Shown here piece by piece: positions 1 through 9,296 of a DNA stretch of 64,000 nucleotides; position 1 is the first letter of the stretch, and the number at the start of each line of letters is the position of its first letter. Source of the stretch: an uncultured Actinomycetes bacterium. GTDB lineage: Bacteria; Actinomycetota; Acidimicrobiia; IMCC26256; PALSA-610. Under the pieces are notes generated by a model. The model was not told where the DNA came from, did not search any database, and saw only the letters and a list, made by a program, of their open reading frames with translations. Location of the stretch: positions 3,238,154-3,302,153 of the forward strand of contig OY970315.1 in NCBI GenBank assembly GCA_963716525.1, in the 5' to 3' direction. Both the position numbers and the translations under genes were made by a program.

Positions 1-1
1 G

Positions 2-109
2 ATCGTGAACGCTCCGGGCAGCCGCGGCGGCGCGCTCGATGCGCTGCGCGCCATCGAGCCGGCGGTGGCGCACGCCCTCGATCTGCTTGCCGGCGGCCGC
101 CCGCACTGA
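2..109 (+). CDS. 3' end of an upstream CDS cut by the window edge (product not assignable)
   Basis: Frame 2 reads [35 protein letters not shown] followed by TGA at 107-109. The composition is protein-like but too short for a family call. Confidence 0.3.
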   Translation: MVNAPGSRGGALDALRAIEPAVAHALDLLAGGRPH

Positions 110-121
110 AATAGAACCTGT

Positions 122-150
122 TTCAATTTTTGCGCCCTGCCTGGTAATCT
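122..150 (+). promoter_or_regulatory. Candidate promoter for a leaderless ribD transcript
   Basis: The only AT-rich stretch in the 47-nt gap before ribD. TAATCT (145-150) fits the actinobacterial TANNNT -10 pattern and lies 6 nt before GTG 157. A weak -35-like TTCAAT is at 122-127. Confidence 0.25.
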
Positions 151-156
151 GGGCCG

Positions 157-1308
157 GTGAGAGACGACGAGGCCATGGCGCTGGCGATCGAGGCGGCCGC
201 CCGGTCCCGCCGCATCACCGCGCCGAACCCGTGGGTGGGCTGCACCATCGTGCGTGACGGTCAGCTGCTCGCGGTGGGGGCCACGGCCGGCGGCCCGGGC
301 GCGGCGCACGCCGAGCGGGTGGCGCTGGCGGCGTTGCCGGCCGGTGCCGGAGCCCGTGGTGCCACCGTCTACACGACGCTCGAGCCCTGCGACCACGAGG
401 GCAGCACCCCACCGTGCGTCGATGCGCTCCTCGACGCGGGGGTGGCGCGGGCCGTCGTCGGTATCGAGGACCCCGATCCCCGCGTGTCGGGCAAGGGCAT
501 CGCCCGGCTGCGCGCTGCGGGCATCGACGTGGTGTGCGGTGTCGGCGCCGCCGCGGTGGGGCGCCAGCTCGCGCCGTACCTCGTGCACCGGCGCACCGGC
601 CGGGCGAGCTGCGTGGTGAAGACCGCGAACTCGATCGACGGTCTCGTTGCCGCGGCGGACGGGTCGTCGCGCTGGATCACCGGGCCCGACGCGCGCGCCG
701 ACGTGCACACGCTGCGCGCCGACGCGCAGGCCGTGATCGTCGGGGCCGGCACCGCGGTGGCCGACCGCCCGCAGCTCACGGTGCGCGCGCTCCCCGAGGG
801 CGACGATGCGCCGCTCGGTCCACCGCCGCTGCGTGTGGTGCTCGACGCGCACGGGCGCGTCGACGCCGACGGCCCCCTGTTCGACGTGAGACTCGCGCCG
901 ACGCTCGTGGTCACCACGGACCAGGCCGACCAACAGCGGATCGACCTCTGGGCGAAGGCGGGCGCCGACGTGTCCATCGTCGAGACCGCCAGCGCGTCCA
1001 CGGGCCGGGGCGTCGACCTCGGCGCGGTGCTCGAGCTGCTCGGCCGGCGCGGCGTGCTCGCCGCGCTCGTGGAAGGCGGTCCGGAGCTGCACGGGGCCCT
1101 GGTCCAGTCGCACCTCGTCGACCGGCTCGTGGTCTACATGGGCAACACGATGCTCGGTGTGCACGGCATCCCCGCGCTTGCCCACGACGGCCCCGCCACG
1201 ATCGAGGGTGCGCCGCGCTGGAGGCTCGACGCGGTGCAACGCTTCGGCGACGACGTCCGCCTCGACTACGTGCCGGTCACGCACGCCGGCGCGGAAGGTC
1301 AGGTCTGA
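157..1308 (+). CDS. ribD: Bifunctional riboflavin biosynthesis protein RibD (pyrimidine deaminase / uracil reductase)
   Basis: The N-terminal deaminase has the HAE...PCxxC zinc motif (AAHAERVALAAL, TLEPCDHEGSTPPC). A C-terminal reductase domain follows. The gene sits in a rib operon. The start could be GTG 157 or ATG 175. Confidence 0.9.
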   Translation: MRDDEAMALAIEAAARSRRITAPNPWVGCTIVRDGQLLAVGATAGGPGAAHAERVALAALPAGAGARGATVYTTLEPCDHEGSTPPCVDALLDAGVARAVVGIEDPDPRVSGKGIARLRAAGIDVVCGVGAAAVGRQLAPYLVHRRTGRASCVVKTANSIDGLVAAADGSSRWITGPDARADVHTLRADAQAVIVGAGTAVADRPQLTVRALPEGDDAPLGPPPLRVVLDAHGRVDADGPLFDVRLAPTLVVTTDQADQQRIDLWAKAGADVSIVETASASTGRGVDLGAVLELLGRRGVLAALVEGGPELHGALVQSHLVDRLVVYMGNTMLGVHGIPALAHDGPATIEGAPRWRLDAVQRFGDDVRLDYVPVTHAGAEGQV

Positions 1309-1310
1309 CC

Positions 1311-1916
1311 GTGTTCACCGGGATCGTCGAGGAGCTCGGGACGGTGCGGTCGATCGTGCCGAACGAGGGTGGCGCGCGCATCGAGATCGGAGCGCGCACG
1401 GTGCTCGACGACGTGGAGCTCGGTGCGTCGATCGCCGTCAACGGTGTGTGCCTCACGGTCGTGGCCTTCGACACGGCGGCGGGCTGGTGGGGGGCCGACG
1501 CGGTCGTCGAGACCATCACGCGCACGAACCTCGGCGGCCTCGCACCCGGCGACCCGGTGAACCTCGAACGGCCGATGCGCCTCGGTGACCGCCTCGGCGG
1601 TCATCTCGTGCAAGGTCACGTGGACGGCACGGGTGTGGTGCGCGGTGTCGAGCCGCTCGCCGACGGCTCGGTGCTGCTGTCGGTCACCGCCGCACCCGAG
1701 GTGTTGCGGTACGTGGTCGCGAAGGGTTCGATCACGGTTGACGGTGTGAGCCTCACCGTCACCGAGGTGGCGCCCACGCACTTCTCGGTCGCGCTCATCC
1801 CGCACACACAGGCGGCGACGACGCTCGGCCGGGCCGAGCCGGGCACCGTCATGAACCTCGAGAACGACGTCGTCGCCAAGTACGTGGAACGTTTGGTTTC
1901 ACAGGGAGATCAATGA
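1311..1916 (+). CDS. ribE: Riboflavin synthase alpha chain
   Basis: [15 protein letters not shown]... and the duplicated lumazine-binding repeat ([13 protein letters not shown] / [13 protein letters not shown]). GTG 1311 lies 3 nt after the ribD stop. It lies in the tail of track ORF 414..1916. Confidence 0.9.
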   Translation: MFTGIVEELGTVRSIVPNEGGARIEIGARTVLDDVELGASIAVNGVCLTVVAFDTAAGWWGADAVVETITRTNLGGLAPGDPVNLERPMRLGDRLGGHLVQGHVDGTGVVRGVEPLADGSVLLSVTAAPEVLRYVVAKGSITVDGVSLTVTEVAPTHFSVALIPHTQAATTLGRAEPGTVMNLENDVVAKYVERLVSQGDQ

Positions 1917-3163
1917 TGCCCTTCGCACCGATCGAGGATGCCATCGCCGCAATCGCCCGCGGCGAGATCGTGATCGCCGTCGACGACGAGGACCGCGAGA
2001 ACGAGGGCGATCTGATCATCGCCGCCGAGAACATGACGCCCGAGAAGATGGCGTTCATGATCCGCTACACGAGCGGCGTCATCTGCATGCCGATGGAAGG
2101 CAGCCGGCTCGACGATCTCAACATCCCGCTGATGGTCGTCAACAACGAGAACACCGAGGTGCAGCGCACCGCGTTCACTGTGTCGGTCGACTACCGGCAC
2201 GGCACCACCACCGGCATCAGCGCGGCCGACCGCTGCAGCACCGTGCACGCGCTGCTCGACCCGATGGCGCGCGCCGGCGACTTCGCTCGCCCCGGGCACA
2301 TCTTCCCGTTGCGCTACCGCGACGGCGGCGTGCTGAAGCGCGCCGGCCACACCGAGGCATCGGTCGACCTCGCGCGACTTGCCGGCCTCTACCCGGCCGG
2401 CGTGCTCGCCGAGGTGGTCAACGACGACGGCACGATGGCGCGGTTACCGCAGCTCGAGGCGTTCGCCGCGGAGCACAAGCTCGTGCTGATCTCCATCGCC
2501 GACCTCGTGCGGCACCGGCGGCGCAGCGAGAAGCTCGTGCGGCGCGTGGCCGACGCGCGGATCCCCACCGACTTCGGTGACTTCACCGCGCACGTCTTCG
2601 AGTCGCTGATCGACGACACCGAGCACGTCGCATTCGTGATGGGCGACGTCGCCGGCAAGGACAACGTGCTCGTGCGCGTGCACAGCGAATGCCTCACCGG
2701 CGACGTGTTCAACTCGCTGCGTTGCGACTGCGGCCCGCAGCTGAATCTCGCCATGGCGCGGGTGGCGGCCGAAGGTCAGGGCGTCGTGGTGTACCTGCGC
2801 GGCCACGAAGGTCGCGGGATCGGCCTCGGGCACAAGCTGCGCGCGTACGCGCTGCAGGAACAGGGGCGCGACACCGTGCAGGCGAACCTCGACCTCGGGT
2901 TCCCGGTCGACTCGCGCGAGTACGGCATCGGCGCGCAGATCCTGGTCGATCTCGGTGTCACCACGATGCGGCTCATGACGAACAACATGAGCAAGTACGG
3001 GGGCCTCGAGGGCTACGGGCTCGAGATCGTCGAACGGGTGCCGCTGCTGCCGAAGCCGAACGTGGAGAACATCGCGTACCTGCGCACGAAGCAGCAGAAG
3101 CTCGGTCACCTGCTGCACATCGACGACGTCGAGGACCACGAGCTCGGCGGTGGCGATGGGTGA
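1913..3163 (+). CDS. ribBA: Bifunctional 3,4-dihydroxy-2-butanone-4-phosphate synthase / GTP cyclohydrolase II
   Basis: 416-aa ORF with an N-terminal DHBP synthase ([11 protein letters not shown]) and a C-terminal GCH II ([21 protein letters not shown]). ATGA overlap with ribE. Confidence 0.93.
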   Translation: MMPFAPIEDAIAAIARGEIVIAVDDEDRENEGDLIIAAENMTPEKMAFMIRYTSGVICMPMEGSRLDDLNIPLMVVNNENTEVQRTAFTVSVDYRHGTTTGISAADRCSTVHALLDPMARAGDFARPGHIFPLRYRDGGVLKRAGHTEASVDLARLAGLYPAGVLAEVVNDDGTMARLPQLEAFAAEHKLVLISIADLVRHRRRSEKLVRRVADARIPTDFGDFTAHVFESLIDDTEHVAFVMGDVAGKDNVLVRVHSECLTGDVFNSLRCDCGPQLNLAMARVAAEGQGVVVYLRGHEGRGIGLGHKLRAYALQEQGRDTVQANLDLGFPVDSREYGIGAQILVDLGVTTMRLMTNNMSKYGGLEGYGLEIVERVPLLPKPNVENIAYLRTKQQKLGHLLHIDDVEDHELGGGDG

Positions 3164-3626
3164 GTACGCCGCGTACGAGGGCGACCTCGACGCCAAGGGC
3201 CTGCGGGTCGCGATTGCCGTCGCCCGTTTCAACCGTGACGTCACCGAGCCGCTGCTCGACGGTGCGCTGCGCGCGCTCACGGCGGCCGGCGCGGCCGACG
3301 ACGACGTCAGCGTGTGGTGGGTTCCGGGCGCGTTCGAGCTGCCGGTGGTGGCCAAGCGCCTCGCCGACAGCGGCCGGGTCGACGCGGTGATCTGCCTCGG
3401 CGCGGTCATCAGGGGCGACACGGCCCACTTCGAGTACGTGGCCGGCGGCGCCACGCAGGGACTCATCCAGGCCGCGGTCACCACGGGCGTGCCGGTGATC
3501 TTCGGCGTGCTGACGGTCGACACGCGCGAGCAGGCCCTCGCGCGCGTCGGCGGCAGCGAGGGCCACAAGGGCGAAGAGGCCGCGCAGACCGCGATCGAGA
3601 CGGCGCGCCTGTTGCAGCAGCTCTGA
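3150..3626 (+). CDS. ribH: 6,7-dimethyl-8-ribityllumazine synthase
   Basis: 158-aa ORF with [10 protein letters not shown]...WVPGAFELP...[14 protein letters not shown], a typical RibH. The alternative start ATG 3156 is possible. Confidence 0.93.
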   Translation: MAMGEYAAYEGDLDAKGLRVAIAVARFNRDVTEPLLDGALRALTAAGAADDDVSVWWVPGAFELPVVAKRLADSGRVDAVICLGAVIRGDTAHFEYVAGGATQGLIQAAVTTGVPVIFGVLTVDTREQALARVGGSEGHKGEEAAQTAIETARLLQQL

Positions 3627-3633
3627 TGTACCG

Positions 3634-4385
3634 ATGACCGACTACGCGCGGATCGGTGTCGGATACGCGGCCCGGCGGGTCGCCGACCGGCGCATCGAGG
3701 CGCAGCTGCATGGGGCGCTCGGCGACGCGCGCACCGTCGTGAACGTGGGCGCCGGCACCGGCAACTACGAGCCGGATGATCGGGTGGTGGTCGCGGTCGA
3801 GCCGTCGCCGACGATGCTGGCGCAGCGGACGGCGGGCGCCGCGCCGGCGGTCCGCGGGCGTGCCGAGGCACTGCCGTTCGGCGACGATGCGTTCGATGTC
3901 GCGCTCGCGGTGCTCACCGTGCACCACTGGTCGGACCGCGAGCGGGGCGTGCAGGAGATGGCGCGCGTGGCGCGCCGCATCGTCGTGCTGTTCTTCGAGC
4001 CGTCGATGGCCGAGCGCTTGTGGATGTACGACTACTGGCCCGAGGTCCGGCACCTGCCGAGCGAGTCCGATCCGCCCGGCGAGGCGTTCTTCCGGGCGCG
4101 GCTCGACGTCGAATCGGTGGACGTGGTCCCGGTACCGGGCGACTGCACCGACCATTTCGGCGCCGCGTACTGGCGCCGGCCCGAGGCGTATCTCGACGTC
4201 GACCTTGTGCAGGGCATGTCGTCGTTCGTGCAGCTCGACGCGGTTACGTTCCGCGCGGCGCCGAGCGCCTGCGGGCCGAGCTCGACTCGGGCACGTGGGA
4301 CGAGCGGTTCGGGCACCTGCGGGCCCTCGACGAGGTCGACCTCGGCTACCGAATCGTCACGGGCCGCGCGCCCGGGCCGCAGTAG
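3634..4385 (+). pseudogene. Class I SAM-dependent methyltransferase, frameshifted as sequenced (about 4252)
   Basis: The N-terminal part has the SAM motif VVNVGAGTGNYEP in the 3634 frame. The conserved C-terminal tail ERLRAELDSGTWDERFGHLRALDEVDLGYRIV is in the frame of track ORF 4020..4385. The 3634 frame turns into Arg/Ser-rich nonsense after about 4255. Confidence 0.7.
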
Positions 4386-4396
4386 CGTCGCCCGCC

Positions 4397-5272
4397 GTGC
4401 TGCGCCTCGTCCTGCCCAAAGGCTCGCTGGAACGCGCCACGTTGCAGCTGTTCGACGACGCTGATCTCGGCGTGAGCCGCGCGTCCGACGTCGACTACAA
4501 GGCGTCGATCGACGACCCGCGGGTGCGCGAGGTGCGCATCCTGCGCCCGCAGGAGATCGCCGCCTACGTGGAGCAGGGGATGTTCGACCTCGGCATCACC
4601 GCGCGCGACTGGATCGAGGAGACCGAATCCGACGTCGTCAGCCTCACGCAGCTGCGCTACTCGAAGGTGTCGGCCCAGCCGACGCGCATCGTGGTGGCCG
4701 TCGCCGCCGACTCCCCCTGGGCGTCGGCCACCGACATGCCGAACGGTGTGCGCGTGCACACCGAGTACGTGCGGTTGACGAAGCGGTTCTTCGCGGAGCG
4801 GGGCATCGACGCCGACGTCACGCTCTCGTACGGCGCCACCGAGGCGAAGATCCCCGAGATCGCCGACGCGATCGTGGAGCTCACCGAGACGGGCCGGGCG
4901 CTGCGGGCCGCGGGGCTGAAGGTGCTCGACACGATCGTCGTGTCGTACACGGAGCTGATCGCGAACCGGGCCGCGTACGACGATCCCGACAAGCGCCGGG
5001 CCATGGAGCAGCTCCAGGTGCTGCTCACCGGCGCGCTCGAGGCGCGCGGCCGGGTGCTCGTGAAGCTGAACATCGACGGGGCGAACCTGCAGCGCGCCAT
5101 CGCGTTGCTGCCGGCGTTGAAGTCGCCCACCGTCAGCAAGCTCTACGGCGAGGACGGTTACGCGATCGAGACGGTGGTGGCCAAGACCGACATCAACACG
5201 CTGATCCCGGCGCTGAAGGACGCGGGCGCCACCGGCATCCTCGAGCTGCCGATCAGCAAGATCGTGGCCTGA
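4397..5272 (+). CDS. hisG: ATP phosphoribosyltransferase (long form)
   Basis: VLRLVLPKGSLERATLQLF...YGATEAKIPEIADAIVELTETG plus the C-terminal regulatory domain. GTG 4397 is in frame with track ORF 3776..5272. Confidence 0.9.
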   Translation: MLRLVLPKGSLERATLQLFDDADLGVSRASDVDYKASIDDPRVREVRILRPQEIAAYVEQGMFDLGITARDWIEETESDVVSLTQLRYSKVSAQPTRIVVAVAADSPWASATDMPNGVRVHTEYVRLTKRFFAERGIDADVTLSYGATEAKIPEIADAIVELTETGRALRAAGLKVLDTIVVSYTELIANRAAYDDPDKRRAMEQLQVLLTGALEARGRVLVKLNIDGANLQRAIALLPALKSPTVSKLYGEDGYAIETVVAKTDINTLIPALKDAGATGILELPISKIVA

Positions 5273-5279
5273 CGCCGCC

Positions 5280-5474
5280 GTGGAAGGCGTGGTCACCGCG
5301 TTCGACGGGCACGTGGGGCGCGGGGTGGTGCGCGCTGGCGGGGCCGACTACGGCTTCCATTGCGTGCAGATCGCCGACGGCACGCGCACGATCGCGGTGG
5401 GCACCGCAGTCGAGTTCGACCTCGTTCCGGGCCCGCTCGGGCGCTGGGAAGCGGGCGCCATCCGCCCTTGCTAG
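5280..5474 (+). CDS. Small cold-shock-domain-like protein
   Basis: 64-aa ORF. GVVTAFDGHVGRGVVRAGGADYGFHCVQI...VEFDLVPGPLG follows the CspA-type OB-fold pattern only loosely. Confidence 0.45.
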   Translation: MEGVVTAFDGHVGRGVVRAGGADYGFHCVQIADGTRTIAVGTAVEFDLVPGPLGRWEAGAIRPC

Positions 5475-5896
5475 ACGCCGGGTGCGGCGTCGGCCACCTG
5501 CACATAGAGCATCTGGATCTGGCTGAGCGCTTCGTGCAGCGTGGGCTCGTGCTCGCCGAGGCGGGGCCCGAAGCCGTCGACGAGGGCGGCCATGGCGTCG
5601 ATGGCCACGCCGGCCTGGGCGAGGTCGGGCGCCGGCATCCGGCCCTGCTCGTCGGGTGGCGCGGCCACACCGAGGTACACCAGCGCGAGCTCGAACAGCT
5701 GCACGGCGTGGTTCGCTACGACGTCGATCGCGGGCGTCGCCCGGATCTGGGCCTGCACCTCGCGGATCGCCTCGAGCTCCTCGGGCGTCACCGGCACGGC
5801 GGGCGCGGTGGCGGCGCCGGGCGCTTCGAAGCCGGCCTCGGCCGGCTGCTCCTCGGGCGGGCGGTGCTCACCGCCGGGCGTCCACAGGCTGCTCAT
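5471..5896 (-). CDS. DUF1844-like conserved hypothetical protein
   Basis: ATG at 5896 (MSSLWTPGGEH...). The acidic N-terminus is followed by HAVQLFELALVYLG...DLAQAGVAIDAMAALV. The upstream part of track ORF 5471..6145 is not protein-like. Confidence 0.5.
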   Translation of the reverse strand: MSSLWTPGGEHRPPEEQPAEAGFEAPGAATAPAVPVTPEELEAIREVQAQIRATPAIDVVANHAVQLFELALVYLGVAAPPDEQGRMPAPDLAQAGVAIDAMAALVDGFGPRLGEHEPTLHEALSQIQMLYVQVADAAPGV

Positions 5897-6144
5897 CGCC
5901 GCAAGCCTAGTGACGGCCGTCTCCCTGGTAGCCTGCCTGCACTGACAATCAACAGGGAAAGCGGGTCGCGTCCCACTCAGGTGTCGACGTCCCCACCCGG
6001 CCGGTAACCACCGCGCCGGGTCTGCCCGGGCGAAGCACCGAGCGACGCGACAGTCGCGCGGTGCACCTCGACGACGGTGGGCTTTGCCGACGAGCCCGCC
6101 GTCGTGTCGCGCCGGCGGCCAGACACCAAGGGAGTGATGCCGCA

Positions 6145-6759
6145 ATCGCTGCAGAGGATGCCCGGATCAACGAACGGATTCGTGCCCGTTCGGTCCGTCT
6201 GATCGGCAGTGCCGGTGAACAGCTCGGCGTGGTCGACACGCCGAAGGCGCTGTCGATAGCCCGTGAGGCCGGCCTCGATCTCGTCGAGGTCGCCGCCAAC
6301 GCCGAACCACCGGTCGCCCGGATCATGGACTTCGGCAAGTACCGCTACGAGCAGGACCAGAAGCGCAAGGAGAGCCGCAAGAAGACCTCGAACGTCATCA
6401 TCAAGGAGATGAAGTTCCGGCCCAAGATCGACGAGCACGACTACACCACCAAGATGAAGCACGTCGAGCGCTTCCTCCAGGAGGGGTCGAAGGTCAAGCT
6501 CACGATCATGTTCCACGGTCGGGAGATGGCCCACCCCGAGCTCGGCCGCCGCATCCTCGAGCGGGTCGCGGATCAGGTGAAGGAGTTCGCGGTCATCGAG
6601 TCCCACCCCCGCCAGGACGGCCGCAACATGACGATGGTCCTCAACGCCATCCGCAAGCCCAACGTCCGGCGCCCGAAGGCGCCGGCGGCAGCACCCCAAG
6701 CGGCAGCACCCCAAGCGGCAGCACCCCAAACGGCACCGCCCGCAGCCGCGACCGGCTGA
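6145..6759 (+). CDS. infC: Translation initiation factor IF-3, probable ATC start
   Basis: INERIRARSVRLIGSAGEQLGVV...LDLVEVAANAEPPVARIMDFGKYRYE is canonical IF-3. There is no in-frame ATG/GTG/TTG near the conserved N-terminus. ATC 6145 is preceded by AAGGGAG (6128-6134). The N-terminus IAAEDARINERIR matches the I-x-A-E-x-R-I-N-x-R-I-R pattern I recall for other actinobacterial IF-3s. Confidence 0.85.
   Translation: MAAEDARINERIRARSVRLIGSAGEQLGVVDTPKALSIAREAGLDLVEVAANAEPPVARIMDFGKYRYEQDQKRKESRKKTSNVIIKEMKFRPKIDEHDYTTKMKHVERFLQEGSKVKLTIMFHGREMAHPELGRRILERVADQVKEFAVIESHPRQDGRNMTMVLNAIRKPNVRRPKAPAAAPQAAAPQAAAPQTAPPAAATG
6685..6729 (+). repeat. Perfect 15-bp x3 in-frame tandem repeat in the IF-3 C-terminal tail
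   Basis: gcggcagcaccccaa is repeated three times head to tail and encodes (AAAPQ)3. Confidence 0.95.
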
Positions 6760-6809
6760 CGCACCACACCCCACACACCCCGCACAACCGACGACGGAGA
6801 GCGCCGTCC

Positions 6810-7004
6810 ATGGCCAAGATGAAGACGAACCGCAGCGCCGCCAAGCGCTTCAAGATCACCGGCACCGGTCTGATCCGGCGCCGCCAGGTGAACCGCCACC
6901 ATTTGATGGAGCACAAGCCCACGAAGCGCACGCGCCGGCTCGACGGCGAACGCACCGTCGAGGGCAAGCACCGGCGGCACGTCCACAAGCTGCTCGGCAA
7001 CTAG
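6810..7004 (+). CDS. rpmI: 50S ribosomal protein L35
   Basis: [20 protein letters not shown]..., 64 aa, between infC and rplT. Confidence 0.95.
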   Translation: MAKMKTNRSAAKRFKITGTGLIRRRQVNRHHLMEHKPTKRTRRLDGERTVEGKHRRHVHKLLGN

Positions 7005-7077
7005 CCCGGTCCGCACTCCGTCGCAATCGCGCCATCCCCGCCGCGCAAGGTCGCGGCTTCGAAGGAGACCGATTTCC

Positions 7078-7441
7078 ATGGCACGCGTCAAGCGTTCCGT
7101 CAACAGCAAGAAGGGCCGCCGCAAGATCCTGGCTGCCGCGAAGGGTTACAACGGGTCGCGTAGCCGTCACCTGCGGGCGGCGAACGAGCAGGTGATGCAC
7201 TCGGGCAAGTATGCCTTCCGCGACCGCCGGGCGCGCAAGGGCGACATGCGCAAGCTCTGGATCGTGCGGATCAACGCGGCGTGCCGCGAGCACGACCTCA
7301 GCTACTCGCGGTTCATCGCGGGCCTGCCGCGCGGCCGAGGTCGACGTCGACCGCAAGATGCTCGCCGACCTTGCAGTGCGCGACCCGCAGGTGTTCGAGC
7401 AGCTCGTCGGATTGGCCCGCGGAGCGCTGACCGCAGCTTGA
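7078..7441 (+). pseudogene. rplT: 50S ribosomal protein L20, interrupted by a 1-nt insertion near 7327 (probably a sequence error)
   Basis: [30 protein letters not shown]...[10 protein letters not shown] is in the 7078 frame. The conserved end [37 protein letters not shown] is in the +1 frame (track ORF 7211..7441). Skipping one base at about 7327 restores a full-length L20. Confidence 0.9.
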
Positions 7442-8229
7442 CCGGGCCGGCGCTCGGGGCTCGCCACCGTGAGCTGACCCGCCTGCGTGTGCTCGCACGC
7501 GACCGTTCGGCGCGCGATGCCGCGGCGCTCGTGGTGATCGACGGTCCACGCGCCGTCGACGGCGTGCTCGCCCGCGGCGCGACGATCGAGGCGGTCTACG
7601 TCGACGGCACCGCGCGGGGCGCCGCGGCCCGCGTCGCGGGCCACGCCCGCGAGCGCGGTGTCACGGTCCGTGAGGTTGTGCCGGGGGCGCTCGCGCGGGC
7701 CGGCGAGGTGCGCACGAATGCCGGTGTGATCGCGCTCGCGCGCCGGCCGCCGGTACCCGGTCGCGACACGCTCGCGAGGGGCGCGTGCTGGCTCGTGTGC
7801 ACCGAGATCGGCGATCCCGGCAACCTCGGTGCCCTCGTACGTTCGGCCGAGGCGGCCGGCGCGGCGGGAATCGTCGTGGGGCGCGGTTCGGCCGATGTTT
7901 ACAATCCGAAGTCGGTCCACACGTCGGCCGGGGCCGTGTTCGGGATCACCGTGCTGGAGGACGACATCGTGACCGTGCTGAGCGACCTCGCAACGCGCGG
8001 TGTGCGGCGCGTCGGTGCCGTCGCCCACGGTGGTGTCGCTCCGTGGGATTGTGCCTTCGGCCCTCGGTTGGCGCTCGTGCTCGGTCACGAGACCCGTGGC
8101 ATCGAAGGGCTCGACGTCGACGAGCGGGTCTCGATCCCCATGGCGGGCGCGGCGGAGTCGTTGAACGTCGCCGCCGCCGCGACGGTGCTGCTGTTCGAGG
8201 TGGCGCGCCGCGCCGGGGTGGCGTCGTGA
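7438..8229 (+). CDS. TrmH/SpoU-family RNA 2'-O-methyltransferase
   Basis: TTG 7438 overlaps the L20 stop (TTGA). It carries SpoU motifs [30 protein letters not shown] and [22 protein letters not shown]. In the track it appears fused to L20 only because of the rplT frameshift. Confidence 0.8.
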   Translation: MTGPALGARHRELTRLRVLARDRSARDAAALVVIDGPRAVDGVLARGATIEAVYVDGTARGAAARVAGHARERGVTVREVVPGALARAGEVRTNAGVIALARRPPVPGRDTLARGACWLVCTEIGDPGNLGALVRSAEAAGAAGIVVGRGSADVYNPKSVHTSAGAVFGITVLEDDIVTVLSDLATRGVRRVGAVAHGGVAPWDCAFGPRLALVLGHETRGIEGLDVDERVSIPMAGAAESLNVAAAATVLLFEVARRAGVAS

Positions 8230-9281
8230 CCGGCACCGGAGCCGCTACGGCCGACGAGCTCGTCGCGCGCGCGAACCAGGCCGCCGCCGGCGGCGAGACC
8301 GCGGCCTCTGCGGCCGCCGAGCTCGCCGCGCTCGCCGACGTCGACCGCGCGTTCGTGAGGGGCACGCTCGCCGAGATCAAGAAGGCGATCAAGGACGTCG
8401 ACCCCGCCGACCGGTCGCGCGTCGGCCAGGCGCTCACCGCGGCCGAGCGGCGGGTGCGTGCCGCGATCGAGGTGCGGCGGTCCGACCTCGCCGAGGGCGA
8501 ACGCGCCGCCGCGGCACGCGACCGCGTCGACCTCACCGCGCTCGGGTCTTCGTACGAGCGCGGGCACCTGCACCCGCTCACGCAGGCCTGGCGCGAGCTC
8601 GAGGACATTTTCTGCGGCCTCGGCTACGAGGTGTATTACGGCCCCGAGGTGGAGGACGACTGGCACAACTTCGAGGCGCTGAACTTCCCGCCCGACCATC
8701 CGGCGCGGGCGATGCAGGACACGCTCTACGTCGACCTCGGCCAGCCCGAGCAGGTGATGCTGCGCACCCACACGAGCCCGTGCCAGATCCGCCTGATGGA
8801 GACGCAGGCGCCGCCCATCTACGCGGTGATGCCCGGCCGCACGTACCGCCGCGAGACGCCCGACGCGCGCCACTCGCCGGTGTTCCACCAGATCGAGGCG
8901 CTCGTGGTCGACAAGGGCATCACGATGGGCGACCTCATGGGCACGATCGACGTGTTCTTCCACGCGCTGTTCGGCGACGTCGAGGCGCGCTTTCTGCCGA
9001 GCTTCTTCCCGTTCACCGAGCCGTCGGCGGAGCTCGCCACGTCGTGCCCGTTCTGCAACAAGGCCGGCTGCCGCACCTGCTCGCACACCGGGTGGATCGA
9101 GCTCGGCGGCTGCGGCATGGTCGACCCCAACGTGTTCGAGGCCGTAGGCATCGACCCCGAGGTGTGGAGCGGCTTCGCGTTCGGCTTCGGCATCGACCGC
9201 ATCCCGCTGCTCCGCAACGAGATCGACACGTTGCACACGTTGCTGTGGGACAACGACATCCGCTTCCTCTCGCAATTCTGA
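8226..9281 (+). CDS. pheS: Phenylalanine--tRNA ligase alpha subunit
   Basis: GTG 8226 with a GTGA overlap. Class II motifs are present: [46 protein letters not shown] and FPFTEPSAE. Confidence 0.93.
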   Translation: MTGTGAATADELVARANQAAAGGETAASAAAELAALADVDRAFVRGTLAEIKKAIKDVDPADRSRVGQALTAAERRVRAAIEVRRSDLAEGERAAAARDRVDLTALGSSYERGHLHPLTQAWRELEDIFCGLGYEVYYGPEVEDDWHNFEALNFPPDHPARAMQDTLYVDLGQPEQVMLRTHTSPCQIRLMETQAPPIYAVMPGRTYRRETPDARHSPVFHQIEALVVDKGITMGDLMGTIDVFFHALFGDVEARFLPSFFPFTEPSAELATSCPFCNKAGCRTCSHTGWIELGGCGMVDPNVFEAVGIDPEVWSGFAFGFGIDRIPLLRNEIDTLHTLLWDNDIRFLSQF

Positions 9282-9296
9282 CCCTGAGCAGATCGC

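Noticed and set aside
1-160. An FMN riboswitch upstream of ribD
   Set aside because: Only 47 nt of non-coding sequence is available, and none of the conserved RFN segments is visible.
7005-7077. The GCCGCG-caaggt-CGCGGC hairpin between rpmI and rplT as an attenuator or L20-binding site
   Set aside because: It is only a 6-bp stem with no U-tract and no visible pseudoknot partner. That is too weak to call from one sequence.
7078-8229. An L20-methyltransferase fusion protein (383-aa track ORF)
   Set aside because: The middle of the ORF is Arg/Pro-rich off-frame sequence. The genuine L20 C-terminus with its own stop lies in the +1 frame. The fusion is an artefact of a single extra base.
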